This document shows positions 44,612-54,307 of a stretch of DNA of 64,000 bases, piece by piece. The stretch spans positions 1,439-65,438 of the forward strand of contig DASZRY010000001.1 of NCBI GenBank assembly GCA_035548975.1. The letters run 5' to 3'. The position numbers and the translations under genes are program-made. Within the stretch, counting starts at the first letter, position 1. Every line of letters begins with the position of its first letter. This DNA comes from Rhizomicrobium sp. (lineage in GTDB: Bacteria > Pseudomonadota > Alphaproteobacteria > Micropepsales > Micropepsaceae). The notes under the pieces are model-generated. The model was not told the origin of the DNA and ran no database searches. It saw nothing but the letters and a program-made list of their open reading frames with translations.

Positions 44612-46122
44612 TCGCCGTCTCCGGCAACGAACACTGCGGAAACATCCCGAGTCTCACGATTGGCTGCATCTCTGAGGGTAAACGTCAGCCGTTGCTCGCC
44701 TGGTGTGAGGTCAGGTTTGGCAACCGTCAAAAGGACACGCACGGCGCGCACCTTGTCGGCTTCGACATTCAATTTTACCGGCAGCGTGACATTGCCGAGC
44801 CCGATCACATTTACGGAACGCGCCCGAATTCCGGAAACCGAGAGCAGGAAATCGCGCGGCTTGTCGAACCGGTTCATCAATTTCAGCGTGTAGGCGTTGC
44901 GCACAGCGCCATCCGCCAGAACGACGTAATTGGGATTACGGTCGCGCAGCACGTCCAGCTCCAGCGTGTGCCGTGTCGAAAGGCCGAACAGCATGATCGC
45001 CGAAACAATTGCCAGCACGACCGCGTAAAGAACGGTTCTCGGCCGCACGAAACGGTAGCGTGCCTTGCGTCCCTGTTGCCGGAGTTTGACATTGGCATCG
45101 TTGTCGTAGGCGATCAGGCCCTTCGGCAAGCCGATGCGCGTCATCACGTCATCGCAAGCGTCGATACAAAGACCGCAATTTATGCATTCAAGCTGCAGCC
45201 CGTCACGGATATCGATGCCCATGGGGCAGGCGGCAACGCATTGGTTGCAATCGATGCAAGCCCCGCGGCCCTCCCAGCTCTGTCCCTTCTTATGGGGACC
45301 GCGCGGCTCGCCGCGGTCATAGCGATAGGTGACGGCAAGCGCTTCCTTGTCCACCATCGCGCCCTGAATGCGCGGCCACGGGCACATGTAGGTGCAGACC
45401 TGCTCGCGCATCAGCCCGCCGAGCGAATAGGTCGTAAAAGTGAATATGCCGATACCAGCATAGACCGTCGCCGGCGCCGACATGGCGAGAAGCTGCTGCG
45501 CCAGCGTGGGTGCATCGGTGAAATAGAACACCCATGCACCGCCTGTCGCGATCGCAATCAAAAGCCAGATCGTGTGCTTCGATACACGTTTTGCGACCTT
45601 TTCCGCCGACCATGGCGCGGCCGCCAGACGAATGCGCGCGCTGCGATCGCCCTCGATTAAATTCTCCACGTAGATGAAAAGATCGGTCCACACCGTTTGC
45701 GGGCAGGCATAACCGCACCACAGGCGGCCGAACAGGGCGGTGACGAGAAACAGAGATACCGCCGCAAGGATCAGGAGTCCCGTGATGTAATATACTTCCT
45801 GCGGCCAGATCTCGATGAAGAAGAAATAAAGGCGTTGGTGCGCCAGATCGACAAGCACTGCCTGATTCGGGGCGGAAGGGCCGCGATCCCATCTGACCCA
45901 CGGCAAAAGGTAATAGATGCCGAGCGTGACCGCCATCACCGCCCATTTGATCTTGCGGTATGTGCCATGCACCAGTTTCGGGTAAATCGGTATCCGCGCC
46001 TTGTAGAACTTTCGGTTCGCCGCGCTGTTGCTGGCAAGCGCATCCGAGCGCGCAACGCCTTCCGCCGCCATCGCCGGAAGGGGTTGCGTACCGTTCAAGG
46101 TGAATTTGACGCGCTCATCCAT
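44608..46122 (-). CDS. ccoG: cbb3 oxidase accessory ferredoxin-like protein CcoG/FixG
   Basis: GRLWCGYACPQTVW, CTYMCPWPR, CIDCNQCVAACP, CINCGLCIDAC. Confidence 0.95.
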   Translation of the reverse strand: MDERVKFTLNGTQPLPAMAAEGVARSDALASNSAANRKFYKARIPIYPKLVHGTYRKIKWAVMAVTLGIYYLLPWVRWDRGPSAPNQAVLVDLAHQRLYFFFIEIWPQEVYYITGLLILAAVSLFLVTALFGRLWCGYACPQTVWTDLFIYVENLIEGDRSARIRLAAAPWSAEKVAKRVSKHTIWLLIAIATGGAWVFYFTDAPTLAQQLLAMSAPATVYAGIGIFTFTTYSLGGLMREQVCTYMCPWPRIQGAMVDKEALAVTYRYDRGEPRGPHKKGQSWEGRGACIDCNQCVAACPMGIDIRDGLQLECINCGLCIDACDDVMTRIGLPKGLIAYDNDANVKLRQQGRKARYRFVRPRTVLYAVVLAIVSAIMLFGLSTRHTLELDVLRDRNPNYVVLADGAVRNAYTLKLMNRFDKPRDFLLSVSGIRARSVNVIGLGNVTLPVKLNVEADKVRAVRVLLTVAKPDLTPGEQRLTFTLRDAANRETRDVSAVFVAGDGE

Positions 46123-46131
46123 CGCAGCGCT

Positions 46132-47001
46132 TTATTCGCCTCCGCCAAGGCTGTGCACATAGACCGCCAGCGATTTAATTGTTTCGGGCGTAAGTCGTCC
46201 CGCCCAGGTCGGCATCACGCCGCCGCGGCCGTTCCAAATCTGGTCGTGAATGTTTTCCCGCGTCGGACCGTAAAGCCAGTCATTATCCGTCAGATTGGGT
46301 GCGCCGAATGCACGGTCGCCTTTGCCCTGCGCGCCGTGGCATTGGGCGCAATTGTCGGCGAACAGTTTCGCGGCCCGCTTTATCGCGGCTGCATTGGCCG
46401 GACGGCCGGACAGGTGAACGATATACTCCGTCAGATCGTCAATTTCCGCGGGCTTCAGGATTGCATCGCGGCCAAATGCCGGCATCTGCGATTGCCTGGT
46501 ATTCGGGTCTGTGGAACGCACGCCAACGGTGATCGTGTGCTGGATATCGTTGAGCGTGCCGCCCCACAGCCAGAAATCGTCGTTCAGATTGGGATAGCCG
46601 CGCGCCCCTTGCCCGCCGGATCCATGGCATGGCGCGCAGTTGTCGCCGAACGCGGCCTTGCCTTCAGCCATGGCGAATTGCTGCAAATCCGGATTGGATT
46701 GAATCTGTTGCAGCGTCGCGCCGCTCAATTCTTTTTCCTTCGCATGGCGCGCGATCTTGAGCGCCTGAACATTAGCCGTCACCGCATCGCGCTGGGAATG
46801 ATTGAGTAGACCGTGCGTGTAGCCGTTAATGGTAGGCCAGGCGGGCATCGCAATCCAGTATCCGATTGCCCACACGATGGTCGCGTAGAAAATAACCAGC
46901 CACCAACGCGGCAGCGGCGTGTTCAATTCCTTGATCCCGTCCCATTCGTGGCCGGTCGTCTCGGTACCGGAATGCTGGTCGATTTCCCTCTTGTCGCTCA
47001 C
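46132..47001 (-). CDS. ccoP: cbb3-type cytochrome c oxidase subunit III
   Basis: TTGHEWDGIKELN.PLPRWW; two heme c motifs CAPCH and CAQCH. Confidence 0.96.
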   Translation of the reverse strand: MSDKREIDQHSGTETTGHEWDGIKELNTPLPRWWLVIFYATIVWAIGYWIAMPAWPTINGYTHGLLNHSQRDAVTANVQALKIARHAKEKELSGATLQQIQSNPDLQQFAMAEGKAAFGDNCAPCHGSGGQGARGYPNLNDDFWLWGGTLNDIQHTITVGVRSTDPNTRQSQMPAFGRDAILKPAEIDDLTEYIVHLSGRPANAAAIKRAAKLFADNCAQCHGAQGKGDRAFGAPNLTDNDWLYGPTRENIHDQIWNGRGGVMPTWAGRLTPETIKSLAVYVHSLGGGE

Positions 47002-47168
47002 AGCGCATCTCCGTCGTCATTGAGCGGAATGCGCGCGGCCCTATCGAATCTCGATCTGTTCGAGGGCCACAGCGCATAGGCAAGCGCCGCCGCGAACATC
47101 AGAGTGAAATAAACGGCATCCCAGCTGCGGGTGAAAGCCAGCACGTCCTCATACGCCCAGTTTTCCAC
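46998..47168 (-). CDS. ccoQ: cbb3-type cytochrome c oxidase subunit CcoQ (absent from ORF track)
   Basis: Hand translation MENWAYEDVLAFTRSWDAVYFTLMFAAALAYALWPSNRSRFDRAARIPLNDD; GGAGG RBS, GTG start. Confidence 0.92.
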   Translation of the reverse strand: MENWAYEDVLAFTRSWDAVYFTLMFAAALAYALWPSNRSRFDRAARIPLNDDGDAL

Positions 47169-47170
47169 GT

Positions 47171-47899
47171 CTACCTCCGATTTTCCGGTGCGTCGGCGCG
47201 ATAGGATTTGAAATCGACCAGCGTGCCCAGCATCTGCAAATAGGCGATCAACGCATCGGCTTCGGTGATGCGGTTCGGATCGCCGTCGAAATCTCGCGCT
47301 TGCGCTTTTGGATAGCGCTTTTGCAGGGCTTCCACGCCGTCGCTGTTGGGATCGGCCTGCGCTTCGAGATCGGCCTTGGCGTTTTCGATCTGCTCTTTGG
47401 TATAGGGCACGCCGACGGCTTTGTTCGCTTCCAGTTGCTTTTCGATATCGCGATAGTCGAGCGGTGTGATCGATAGAAATTTGTAAGGCGGCATTACCGA
47501 TTCCGGAACGACCGAGCGGGGATCCTCAAGATGGGCGCGCTGCCACTCGTCGGAATATTTGCCGCCGACGCGCGCAAGATCGGGGCCGGTGCGTTCGGAG
47601 CCCCACTGGAACGGATGGTCATACATGCTTTCAGCGGCAAGGCTGTAATGCCCGTAGCGTTCCACTTCGTCACGCAGCGAGCGGATCATTTGGCTATGGC
47701 AGACATAGCAACCTTCGCGGATATAGATGTTGCGTCCTTCGAGCTCGAGCGGTGTGTAGGGCCGCATGCCGTTCACTTTCTCGACCGTTCCGTTTACCCA
47801 GAAGAGCGGCGCTATTTCCACCGCGCCGCCGATGGCGACGACGATCAGAATTCCGATCAGCAGGAGGATGGAGTTCTTCTCCAGAGCTTCGTGGTTCAC
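47171..47899 (-). CDS. ccoO: cbb3-type cytochrome c oxidase subunit II
   Basis: [36 protein letters not shown]. Confidence 0.96.
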   Translation of the reverse strand: MNHEALEKNSILLLIGILIVVAIGGAVEIAPLFWVNGTVEKVNGMRPYTPLELEGRNIYIREGCYVCHSQMIRSLRDEVERYGHYSLAAESMYDHPFQWGSERTGPDLARVGGKYSDEWQRAHLEDPRSVVPESVMPPYKFLSITPLDYRDIEKQLEANKAVGVPYTKEQIENAKADLEAQADPNSDGVEALQKRYPKAQARDFDGDPNRITEADALIAYLQMLGTLVDFKSYRADAPENRR

Positions 47900-49542
47900 G
47901 ACACAGCCTCCGCAACGAGCTGGGGCTGTGCCGTAGCGCTCACTTGCGGAACGCTGCGAACGGTGCGCCACAGATTGTATGCCATGATCAGAACGCCGGT
48001 GAGATAGAGAAATCCGCCAAGCGCTCGGATGATGTAATAGGGATGCATCGCCTGTACCGCTTCCACGAAGGAATATTCAAGGAAACCGAAGTCGTTATAG
48101 GCGCGCCACATCAAACCCTGCATGATGCCGGCCACCCACATTGAGGTGATGTAGAGAAGAATGCCCAGCGTCGAAATCCAGAAATGCCATTCGACAAGCG
48201 CATTTGAATAAAGTCTTTGTTTCTTCCACAGCCATGGCACCAGGCAGTACAGCGCGCCGAAGCTGACATATCCCACCCAGCCGAGCGCGCCGGAATGAAC
48301 GTGCCCGACGGTCCAGTTGGTGTAGTGCGAAAGCGCGTTGACCGTCTTCACGCTCATCACCGGGCCTTCGAATGTGCTCATGCCGTAGAAAGCAACTGAA
48401 ACGACAAGCATACGCACGACGGGATCTGTTCTGAGCTTGTCCCACGCACCCGACAGCGTCATCAAACCGTTGATCATCCCGCCCCAGGACGGCATCCAAA
48501 GGATTATCGAAAACGTCATGCCGAGTGTCTGCGTCCATTCGGGGAGCGCCGTGTACAGCAGGTGATGCGGGCCGGCCCAGATATAGATGAAAATCAGGCT
48601 CCAGAAATGAACGATGGAAAGCCGGTAGGAATAGATCGGGCGTTCCACGCGCTTCGGAATGAAATAGTACATGATCCCCAGAAAACCCGCCGTCAGGAAG
48701 AATCCCACGGCGTTGTGGCCATACCACCATTGCGTCAGCGCATCCTGCACGCCGGAGAACAGCGAGACGCTTTTCGACTCCCAAATGGAAACAGGAAGCG
48801 AAAGGTTGTTCACGATATGCAACATCGCAATCGTCACGATAAAAGACAGATAAAACCAGTTCGCGACGTAGATGTGCGGTTCTTTCCGCTTGATGATCGT
48901 GCCGAGGAAGGTGATCAGATAGCAGACCCAGACGAGCGTCAGCCAGATATCGGCATACCATTCGGGCTCGGCGTATTCTCGCGACTCCGTGATGCCCAGG
49001 AGATAACCGGTTCCTGCCAAAAGGATGAAGGTGTTGTAGCCCCAAAACACGAACCACGGCAGCGATCCGCCGAAAAGCCGCGCCCTAGATGTGCGTTGCA
49101 CGACATAGAAAGATGTCGCGATTAGAACATTGCCGCCGAACGCGAAGATAACAGCCGACGTGTGCAGGGGCCTCATGCGGCCGAAATTCGTCCAGGGCAG
49201 ATCGGGAAAGTAGAAGAGGTTAGGGAATGAAAGTTGCAGCGCTATGATGACGCCCACGAGCATGCCTGCGATGCCCCAGAACATCGAGGCGATGACGCCT
49301 GCCTTGACGACGTTGTTGGCATAGCCGCTGCGTTCGTCTTCCGGCAATCCGCCGCCATAGGTGACGAGATACCAGATGCCTATGCCAAGCATCGCGACGG
49401 CAAACGTCCAGCCCTGCACAACCATACGCGGGTCGGGCGAACGCGCAGCTTCGAAAATTCCGGCAAAGAACGAGAGTGTGATGATAATGGGAAACAGCGC
49501 CAGGTCGAATCGCCAGGGCTGTTCAGTTGCGGCGGGGTTCAT
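47896..49542 (-). CDS. ccoN: cbb3-type cytochrome c oxidase subunit I
   Basis: [39 protein letters not shown]. Confidence 0.97.
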   Translation of the reverse strand: MNPAATEQPWRFDLALFPIIITLSFFAGIFEAARSPDPRMVVQGWTFAVAMLGIGIWYLVTYGGGLPEDERSGYANNVVKAGVIASMFWGIAGMLVGVIIALQLSFPNLFYFPDLPWTNFGRMRPLHTSAVIFAFGGNVLIATSFYVVQRTSRARLFGGSLPWFVFWGYNTFILLAGTGYLLGITESREYAEPEWYADIWLTLVWVCYLITFLGTIIKRKEPHIYVANWFYLSFIVTIAMLHIVNNLSLPVSIWESKSVSLFSGVQDALTQWWYGHNAVGFFLTAGFLGIMYYFIPKRVERPIYSYRLSIVHFWSLIFIYIWAGPHHLLYTALPEWTQTLGMTFSIILWMPSWGGMINGLMTLSGAWDKLRTDPVVRMLVVSVAFYGMSTFEGPVMSVKTVNALSHYTNWTVGHVHSGALGWVGYVSFGALYCLVPWLWKKQRLYSNALVEWHFWISTLGILLYITSMWVAGIMQGLMWRAYNDFGFLEYSFVEAVQAMHPYYIIRALGGFLYLTGVLIMAYNLWRTVRSVPQVSATAQPQLVAEAVS

Positions 49543-49672
49543 CAGGTTGGTCCTGGCAGTGTTGGAGATTGAAGAAGCGGAATATTGCACCGGTACTGTT
49601 CTCGCCTGCCGGCTTTGCCCTTGCTGCTGAACAATAGGCAATCCATCCACCGCTCTCGCATGGAGCTGAATG

Positions 49673-49686
49673 TTGATAGCGGTCAG
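49673..49686 (-). promoter_or_regulatory. Degenerate FNR/FixK box proximal to ccoN
   Basis: TTGATAGCGGTCAG (two mismatches). Confidence 0.4.
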
Positions 49687-49757
49687 GCGAGGTAGAGTGC
49701 ATTGATCGAGTCCTTCACGTGACGTCCGGCATCGTGCGAAAATCGAGCCTTATGCGC

Positions 49758-49771
49758 TTGATTTGGATCAA
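49758..49771 (-). promoter_or_regulatory. Perfect FNR/FixK box upstream of ccoNOQP
   Basis: TTGATTTGGATCAA; cco operons are canonical FNR/FixK targets. Confidence 0.85.
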
Positions 49772-49833
49772 CGATTTCGAGAGTCGCGCAGGTCATGTTG
49801 TCGCTGCGCCACAGCGACATCTTTATCTTCCGA

Positions 49834-50112
49834 TTAATTGTGCACGGATGCAGGTGGCGCGATTCCGAAGGCCGAACAGATGCGGTTGTGACGGAGGCTT
49901 CCAAGCGCAGAATTCTGCGTCGAATAGGCATATGCAAGTCCGCCTCCCAGCAGGCACAACCCCAACGCCGCAGAGGCAATGGCCAGAAGGCCCATTCGTG
50001 GTAGGCCTTCACGCAGATGAAGAAATGTACTGTTCGAACGATCAATCTTCACGATGCCTGCAACGGCCGCGAGCTGCGTAAGAAGAAGTCCGATGAAGGT
50101 ACAGCAAAGCAT
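49834..50112 (-). CDS. Possible small two-TM membrane protein (or relic)
   Basis: Two hydrophobic stretches; lies just downstream of the perfect box at 50148; no family recognised. Confidence 0.35.
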   Translation of the reverse strand: MLCCTFIGLLLTQLAAVAGIVKIDRSNSTFLHLREGLPRMGLLAIASAALGLCLLGGGLAYAYSTQNSALGSLRHNRICSAFGIAPPASVHN

Positions 50113-50147
50113 TGTTAAAATATAGGCACTTCCAGTCAGTTAGGGGA

Positions 50148-50161
50148 TTGATTCGGATCAA
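50148..50161 (-). promoter_or_regulatory. Perfect FNR/FixK box
   Basis: TTGATTCGGATCAA in AT-rich intergenic DNA. Confidence 0.78.
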
Positions 50162-50166
50162 GTTTT

Positions 50167-51726
50167 TCAAAGGTGCTGCTTGGCCTGCCGAACAATGTCC
50201 CGGCTTTGTCCACTGGCTTCTATCATGGTCCAATTCTCAGGTTGGGAGAAGGTGGCAATCTGATTGGCCAGAACCCTGACATCGGCATCCGAAGCATCTC
50301 CTTGCCGCTTCCTGAGCCGATCCTCGAGAATCGCGCGAGGGGCCGTAAGCCAAAAGCCGCTGAAGGCAACAGAGTTGACGGCGGCCACCAATTCAATCGC
50401 CCGTCTTTCCTCATCGTCACCGAACGTTGCATCGGCAATGACCGAATGGCCCGCCTTAAGAGCCGCCTCGGCCAACAATCGAAGTCGCGCATATACTGCG
50501 CGGCTCGTTTTGCGACTGTACGCGCATTCCCCGAGCTTCGAGGTTTTGGGAACATTGAGCATTTCTTTGCGGATGACATCGGTGCGCAGCACCACTGCGC
50601 CGGGCGCGGCGCCAATCGTAGGCGCAAGCTCGCGTGCAACGCTGCTTTTTCCGGCTCCCGAGAATCCGCCTATAGCAATCATGACGGGCGTTTGCGGTTC
50701 AAGATAAATCGCCGCTTTCTCAAGAAGGGCGCGTGAATCCGAGCCTGATCCGGAAGACCGCGTCTTCTGCATGGCCAGCGTTACGTGGGCGCGTATACCG
50801 GCGCGGCAGGAAAGCAAAAGCGGCAAGGGCGCCAATAGCGAATAATCGCCAGAGCATTCCAGGTAGCGGTTCAGAAGCGCATTGGCATGCCCGCGGAGAT
50901 TCTTGAAGTCCAGATCCATGAGTAGAAAGGCGAGGTCGTAAGCCACATCGATGCAACTGAAGGCATCCTGAAATTCTACGGCGTCGAATGGTTGGGGGCT
51001 TCCGCCGATCATGCAGATATTGTTCAGATGCAGATCGCCATGGCAGCGTCTTACCAGTCCCTGTGAACGCCGATTGTCGAGAGTCGTTCGCAGTCGATTC
51101 AGCCAATGTTGCGAAAGCGCCGCATAGCGGTCGACAAGTCCAGCCGGAAAGGCCTCCGGGGTTGCACGCAGGATGGAAATGTTCTCTTCAACAACGGCTT
51201 GAATGCCCGCGCTTCCGCCGAAGGAGGGCGTCAGTTCAGCCTTCGCATGAAATTCCGCCAACACTTCGCCCAAACGTATCGCATCAGCGATTGCAAGCGT
51301 TCCGTTTTTCCGGCGTTCTTCCAGAAGATCGCGCTGGTCAAAACGCTTCATCACGACAACCCAATCGATGGCGCGAGGATCGTCCTTGGAACCGAATTGC
51401 AGGACGTTGTCGTCATCGACAATGCTATGAACGGTTTCGTACATCTCCGGAGCCATTCGCCGGTTGATTTCAAATTCCCGTTGACACATTGCTTTGCGAA
51501 GCGCCTGCGTCGAATAATCCATGTAGGGAAACTTGACTGCGCGTTTCAGCTTGTGCGCGTGCGTCTTGGAAAGGAAAACGATGGAACCGTGGGTTTCACA
51601 AATTTCAACGGGTTCGGATTGACCGTAGGTTGCTGAATTGGAGAGGAACGCGATGACCCTTTTCTGCGGGTCTCCCACGGAGGGCGAGGCAGAATACGTG
51701 GCAGGGGCGAATTGCGACTTGGCCAT
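50167..51726 (-). CDS. Bifunctional aminoglycoside-phosphotransferase-like kinase / AAA_33 P-loop protein (Rv2004c-like)
   Basis: HGDLHLNNI, DAVEF, DVAYDLAFLLMDL; C-terminal GGFSGAGKS and VIADATF. Confidence 0.9.
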   Translation of the reverse strand: MAKSQFAPATYSASPSVGDPQKRVIAFLSNSATYGQSEPVEICETHGSIVFLSKTHAHKLKRAVKFPYMDYSTQALRKAMCQREFEINRRMAPEMYETVHSIVDDDNVLQFGSKDDPRAIDWVVVMKRFDQRDLLEERRKNGTLAIADAIRLGEVLAEFHAKAELTPSFGGSAGIQAVVEENISILRATPEAFPAGLVDRYAALSQHWLNRLRTTLDNRRSQGLVRRCHGDLHLNNICMIGGSPQPFDAVEFQDAFSCIDVAYDLAFLLMDLDFKNLRGHANALLNRYLECSGDYSLLAPLPLLLSCRAGIRAHVTLAMQKTRSSGSGSDSRALLEKAAIYLEPQTPVMIAIGGFSGAGKSSVARELAPTIGAAPGAVVLRTDVIRKEMLNVPKTSKLGECAYSRKTSRAVYARLRLLAEAALKAGHSVIADATFGDDEERRAIELVAAVNSVAFSGFWLTAPRAILEDRLRKRQGDASDADVRVLANQIATFSQPENWTMIEASGQSRDIVRQAKQHL

Positions 51727-51767
51727 GGCTTGATCGAATATCTCATGCGCGTTCCATTCGCGAAAAT

Positions 51768-51781
51768 GTGACCTACATCAA
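51768..51781. promoter_or_regulatory. FNR/FixK-like box between divergent kinase and hsp20 genes
   Basis: GTGACCTACATCAA (perfect ATCAA half, variant left half), central in the 114-nt intergenic gap. Confidence 0.6.
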
Positions 51782-51840
51782 GAACGCGACCTCACTTCAG
51801 GCGCAGTCTTTCAGCGTCGTCTCTTAGGAGGAGATACCTG

Positions 51841-52365
51841 ATGGCTGAACTCGCAACCAAACTTCCAGCGAAATCCGAATCCCGTGGCATCTTTGCGACG
51901 GGCTTCAACCCGTTCCAGGCGTTGCACCGCGAAATCGATCGGCTGTTCGGCGAATTTGATGGGGACTTCTGGCGTGCGCCGTTCCGCGGCTCGGTTTTCG
52001 ACCGGCTTCCCATGACCCGCGTGGAAACCATCTCCATGCCGGCCGTCGATGTGGCGGAGAAGGATAATGCCTATGAAATCACGGCAGAACTGCCTGGAAT
52101 CGAGGAAAAAGACATCGACGTGAAACTTTCCAACGGCAGGCTGACGATCAAAGGTGAGAAGAAAGCCGAGAAAGAAGAGAAGAAAAAGGACTACTATCTT
52201 TCCGAACGGACTTACGGCTCCTTCGAGCGGAGTTTCTCCGTTCCCGATGGAATTGAGGCCGACAAGATCGCAGCGACATTCAAGAACGGCGTGCTTACCA
52301 TTACGATCCCGAAGTCGCCCGAGGCGCACAAAGAGGAAAAGAGGATCGCGGTGAAGGCTTCCTGA
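51841..52365 (+). CDS. Hsp20/alpha-crystallin family protein
   Basis: NPFQALHREIDRLF, PAVDVAE, ELPGI, SERTYGSFERSFSVP, ATFKNGVLTITIPK; AGGAGGAG RBS. Confidence 0.95.
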   Translation: MAELATKLPAKSESRGIFATGFNPFQALHREIDRLFGEFDGDFWRAPFRGSVFDRLPMTRVETISMPAVDVAEKDNAYEITAELPGIEEKDIDVKLSNGRLTIKGEKKAEKEEKKKDYYLSERTYGSFERSFSVPDGIEADKIAATFKNGVLTITIPKSPEAHKEEKRIAVKAS

Positions 52366-52372
52366 TGTGTAT

Positions 52373-52404
52373 GCCGGATGGCGGGCACTTGCCCGCCATC
52401 CGGC
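52373..52404. other. Perfect 14-bp GC-rich hairpin between hsp20 and the host-attachment gene
   Basis: gccggatggcgggc-actt-gcccgccatccggc; no U-tract, so more likely an mRNA stabilising/processing stem than a terminator. Confidence 0.6.
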
Positions 52405-52460
52405 GGGGAAGTTGGACCGTTCCCACGACGCTGGCGTATCCACTATCGCAGGAGGCATGA

Positions 52461-52913
52461 ATGCCCAAAATTCCACTCTCGAACGGCACATGGGTGGTTG
52501 CCTGCGACGGTGCCAAAGCCGTCGTCTTCGAGAATACGGGTGATTGGGAGTACCCCCATCTCGAATTGCGTCAGGAGATGGCACAACCCGATCCGCCCGA
52601 CCGGGAGATTTACACTGGCCCAAAGGGCCGCGTTTTCAATCGCGCCGATGGAGCAGGCAGCACAATCGAGCGCGATGATGCGCATCAGCGCGCCGAGATG
52701 CAGTTCATGAAGAGTGTCGCACACTATCTCGACAAGGCAGTGGCCGACGGCAAGATCAAAAAGATGGTCGTGGCGGCAGCGCCGCGCGCGCTCGGCGTTC
52801 TCAGGGCCGCGCTCTCCAAGCGGGCGCATGCCGCAATCATCGCCGAAATCGACCGGGACTATGTCAAGATGCCTGCCTATGAAATCGAGTCCGTATTGTC
52901 GAAGAAGCAATAG
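52461..52913 (+). CDS. Host attachment (AtsE-like / baeRF12) family protein, aeRF1-fold
   Basis: TWVVACDGAKAVVFEN, GRVF, F...VA..L, MVVAAAPRALGVLRAAL...I.AEIDRDYVK; no GGQ. Confidence 0.88.
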   Translation: MPKIPLSNGTWVVACDGAKAVVFENTGDWEYPHLELRQEMAQPDPPDREIYTGPKGRVFNRADGAGSTIERDDAHQRAEMQFMKSVAHYLDKAVADGKIKKMVVAAAPRALGVLRAALSKRAHAAIIAEIDRDYVKMPAYEIESVLSKKQ

Positions 52914-52939
52914 TTGTTTCCCATCCGGCGGGGGCAGAT

Positions 52940-54307
52940 ATGACCGTGACGCTCACATTCCTTGGCGGCGTCGGGACTGTCACCGGTTCGAAATATCTTC
53001 TGGAGAATAACGGCCGTCGGTTGTTGGTCGATTGCGGGCTTTTCCAAGGCTACAAGACTTTGCGCCTGCGCAACTGGGCAGCGCTTCCCGTCGCAGCCAG
53101 CAGCATCGACGCAGTGGTCTTGACCCACGCCCATCTCGATCACACGGGATACCTGCCGTTGCTTGTCAAGCATGGATTTGACGGGCCAGTATTTTGCACC
53201 GACGCAACACAAGATTTGTGTTCCATCCTGCTTCCCGATTCCGCACACCTGCAGGAGCGAGATGCCGAATCCGCCAATCGTTTTGGCTATTCCAAGCATC
53301 ATCCTGCGTTGCCGCTCTATACGGAAGAAGATGCGCAGCGCGCGCTCAAGCTGTTGCAGAAGAAGAAAATCGGCGAAACCTTCAACGTTCTGGAAGATGC
53401 GCGCGTCAAGTTTACGCGTGCCGGGCACATTCTCGGCGCTTCTTCCATTTCGTTAAACTGGGGCGGTGTGACGATCGTCATTTCCGGCGATATCGGACGC
53501 TATGACGATCCTCTGATGCCTGATCCAGAAACGCCGGAGCGGGCCGATTATCTGTTGATGGAATCGACCTACGGCGACAGAGTTCACGAAAAACGGGATC
53601 CGGCGGACGCGCTGGCCGAAATAATAGAAAAAACAATTCGTCGCGGCGGCACCATTGTGGTTCCTGCATTTGCGGTGGGGCGAGCGCAGATCTTACTTTA
53701 CCACATCGGACGACTAAGAGCTGCAAAACGCCTGCCGGACTGGTTGCCCATTTATCTGGACAGCCCTATGGCCATTGAAGCAACCGAGATTTTTCAACGC
53801 CATTTTGACGATCAGAAGCTATCTTCCACCGAACTCCGCTCATTGGATTCAAGCGTACAATATGTTCATACGGGCCAGGAATCGAAGGATGTAACCGACA
53901 ACCCGATGCCGAAGATCGTTATCTCGGCAAGCGGCATGGCGACAGGCGGGCGGGTTCTGCACCATCTCAAGCAATATGCGCCGGATCCGAAGAATGCGAT
54001 CATTTTTGCGGGCTTTCAGGCTGGCGGTACGCGCGGCGCATCCATGGTGGCGGGCGCGGAAAGCGTGAAAATACATGGAGCCTATATTCCCGTTCGCGCC
54101 GACGTGCACAATTTGAACATGCTGTCCGCACACGCCGACCGCGACGAACTCCTTCGCTGGGCGGGAGCGATGAAGGCGCCACCGCGCACGACCTTCATTG
54201 TACATGGTGAACCGTCAGGCGCGGACGTTTTGCGTCATACACTCGAGGAAAAGCTGCATTGGAACTGCGTGGTGCCGGATTATCGCGAAACGGTGATCCT
54301 CTCATGA
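52940..54307 (+). CDS. MBL-fold beta-CASP ribonuclease (YSH1-like)
   Basis: THAHLDHTG, GDIG, ESTYGDR, PAFAVGRAQ, SGMATGGRVLHH, SAHAD, VHGE. Confidence 0.93.
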   Translation: MTVTLTFLGGVGTVTGSKYLLENNGRRLLVDCGLFQGYKTLRLRNWAALPVAASSIDAVVLTHAHLDHTGYLPLLVKHGFDGPVFCTDATQDLCSILLPDSAHLQERDAESANRFGYSKHHPALPLYTEEDAQRALKLLQKKKIGETFNVLEDARVKFTRAGHILGASSISLNWGGVTIVISGDIGRYDDPLMPDPETPERADYLLMESTYGDRVHEKRDPADALAEIIEKTIRRGGTIVVPAFAVGRAQILLYHIGRLRAAKRLPDWLPIYLDSPMAIEATEIFQRHFDDQKLSSTELRSLDSSVQYVHTGQESKDVTDNPMPKIVISASGMATGGRVLHHLKQYAPDPKNAIIFAGFQAGGTRGASMVAGAESVKIHGAYIPVRADVHNLNMLSAHADRDELLRWAGAMKAPPRTTFIVHGEPSGADVLRHTLEEKLHWNCVVPDYRETVILS

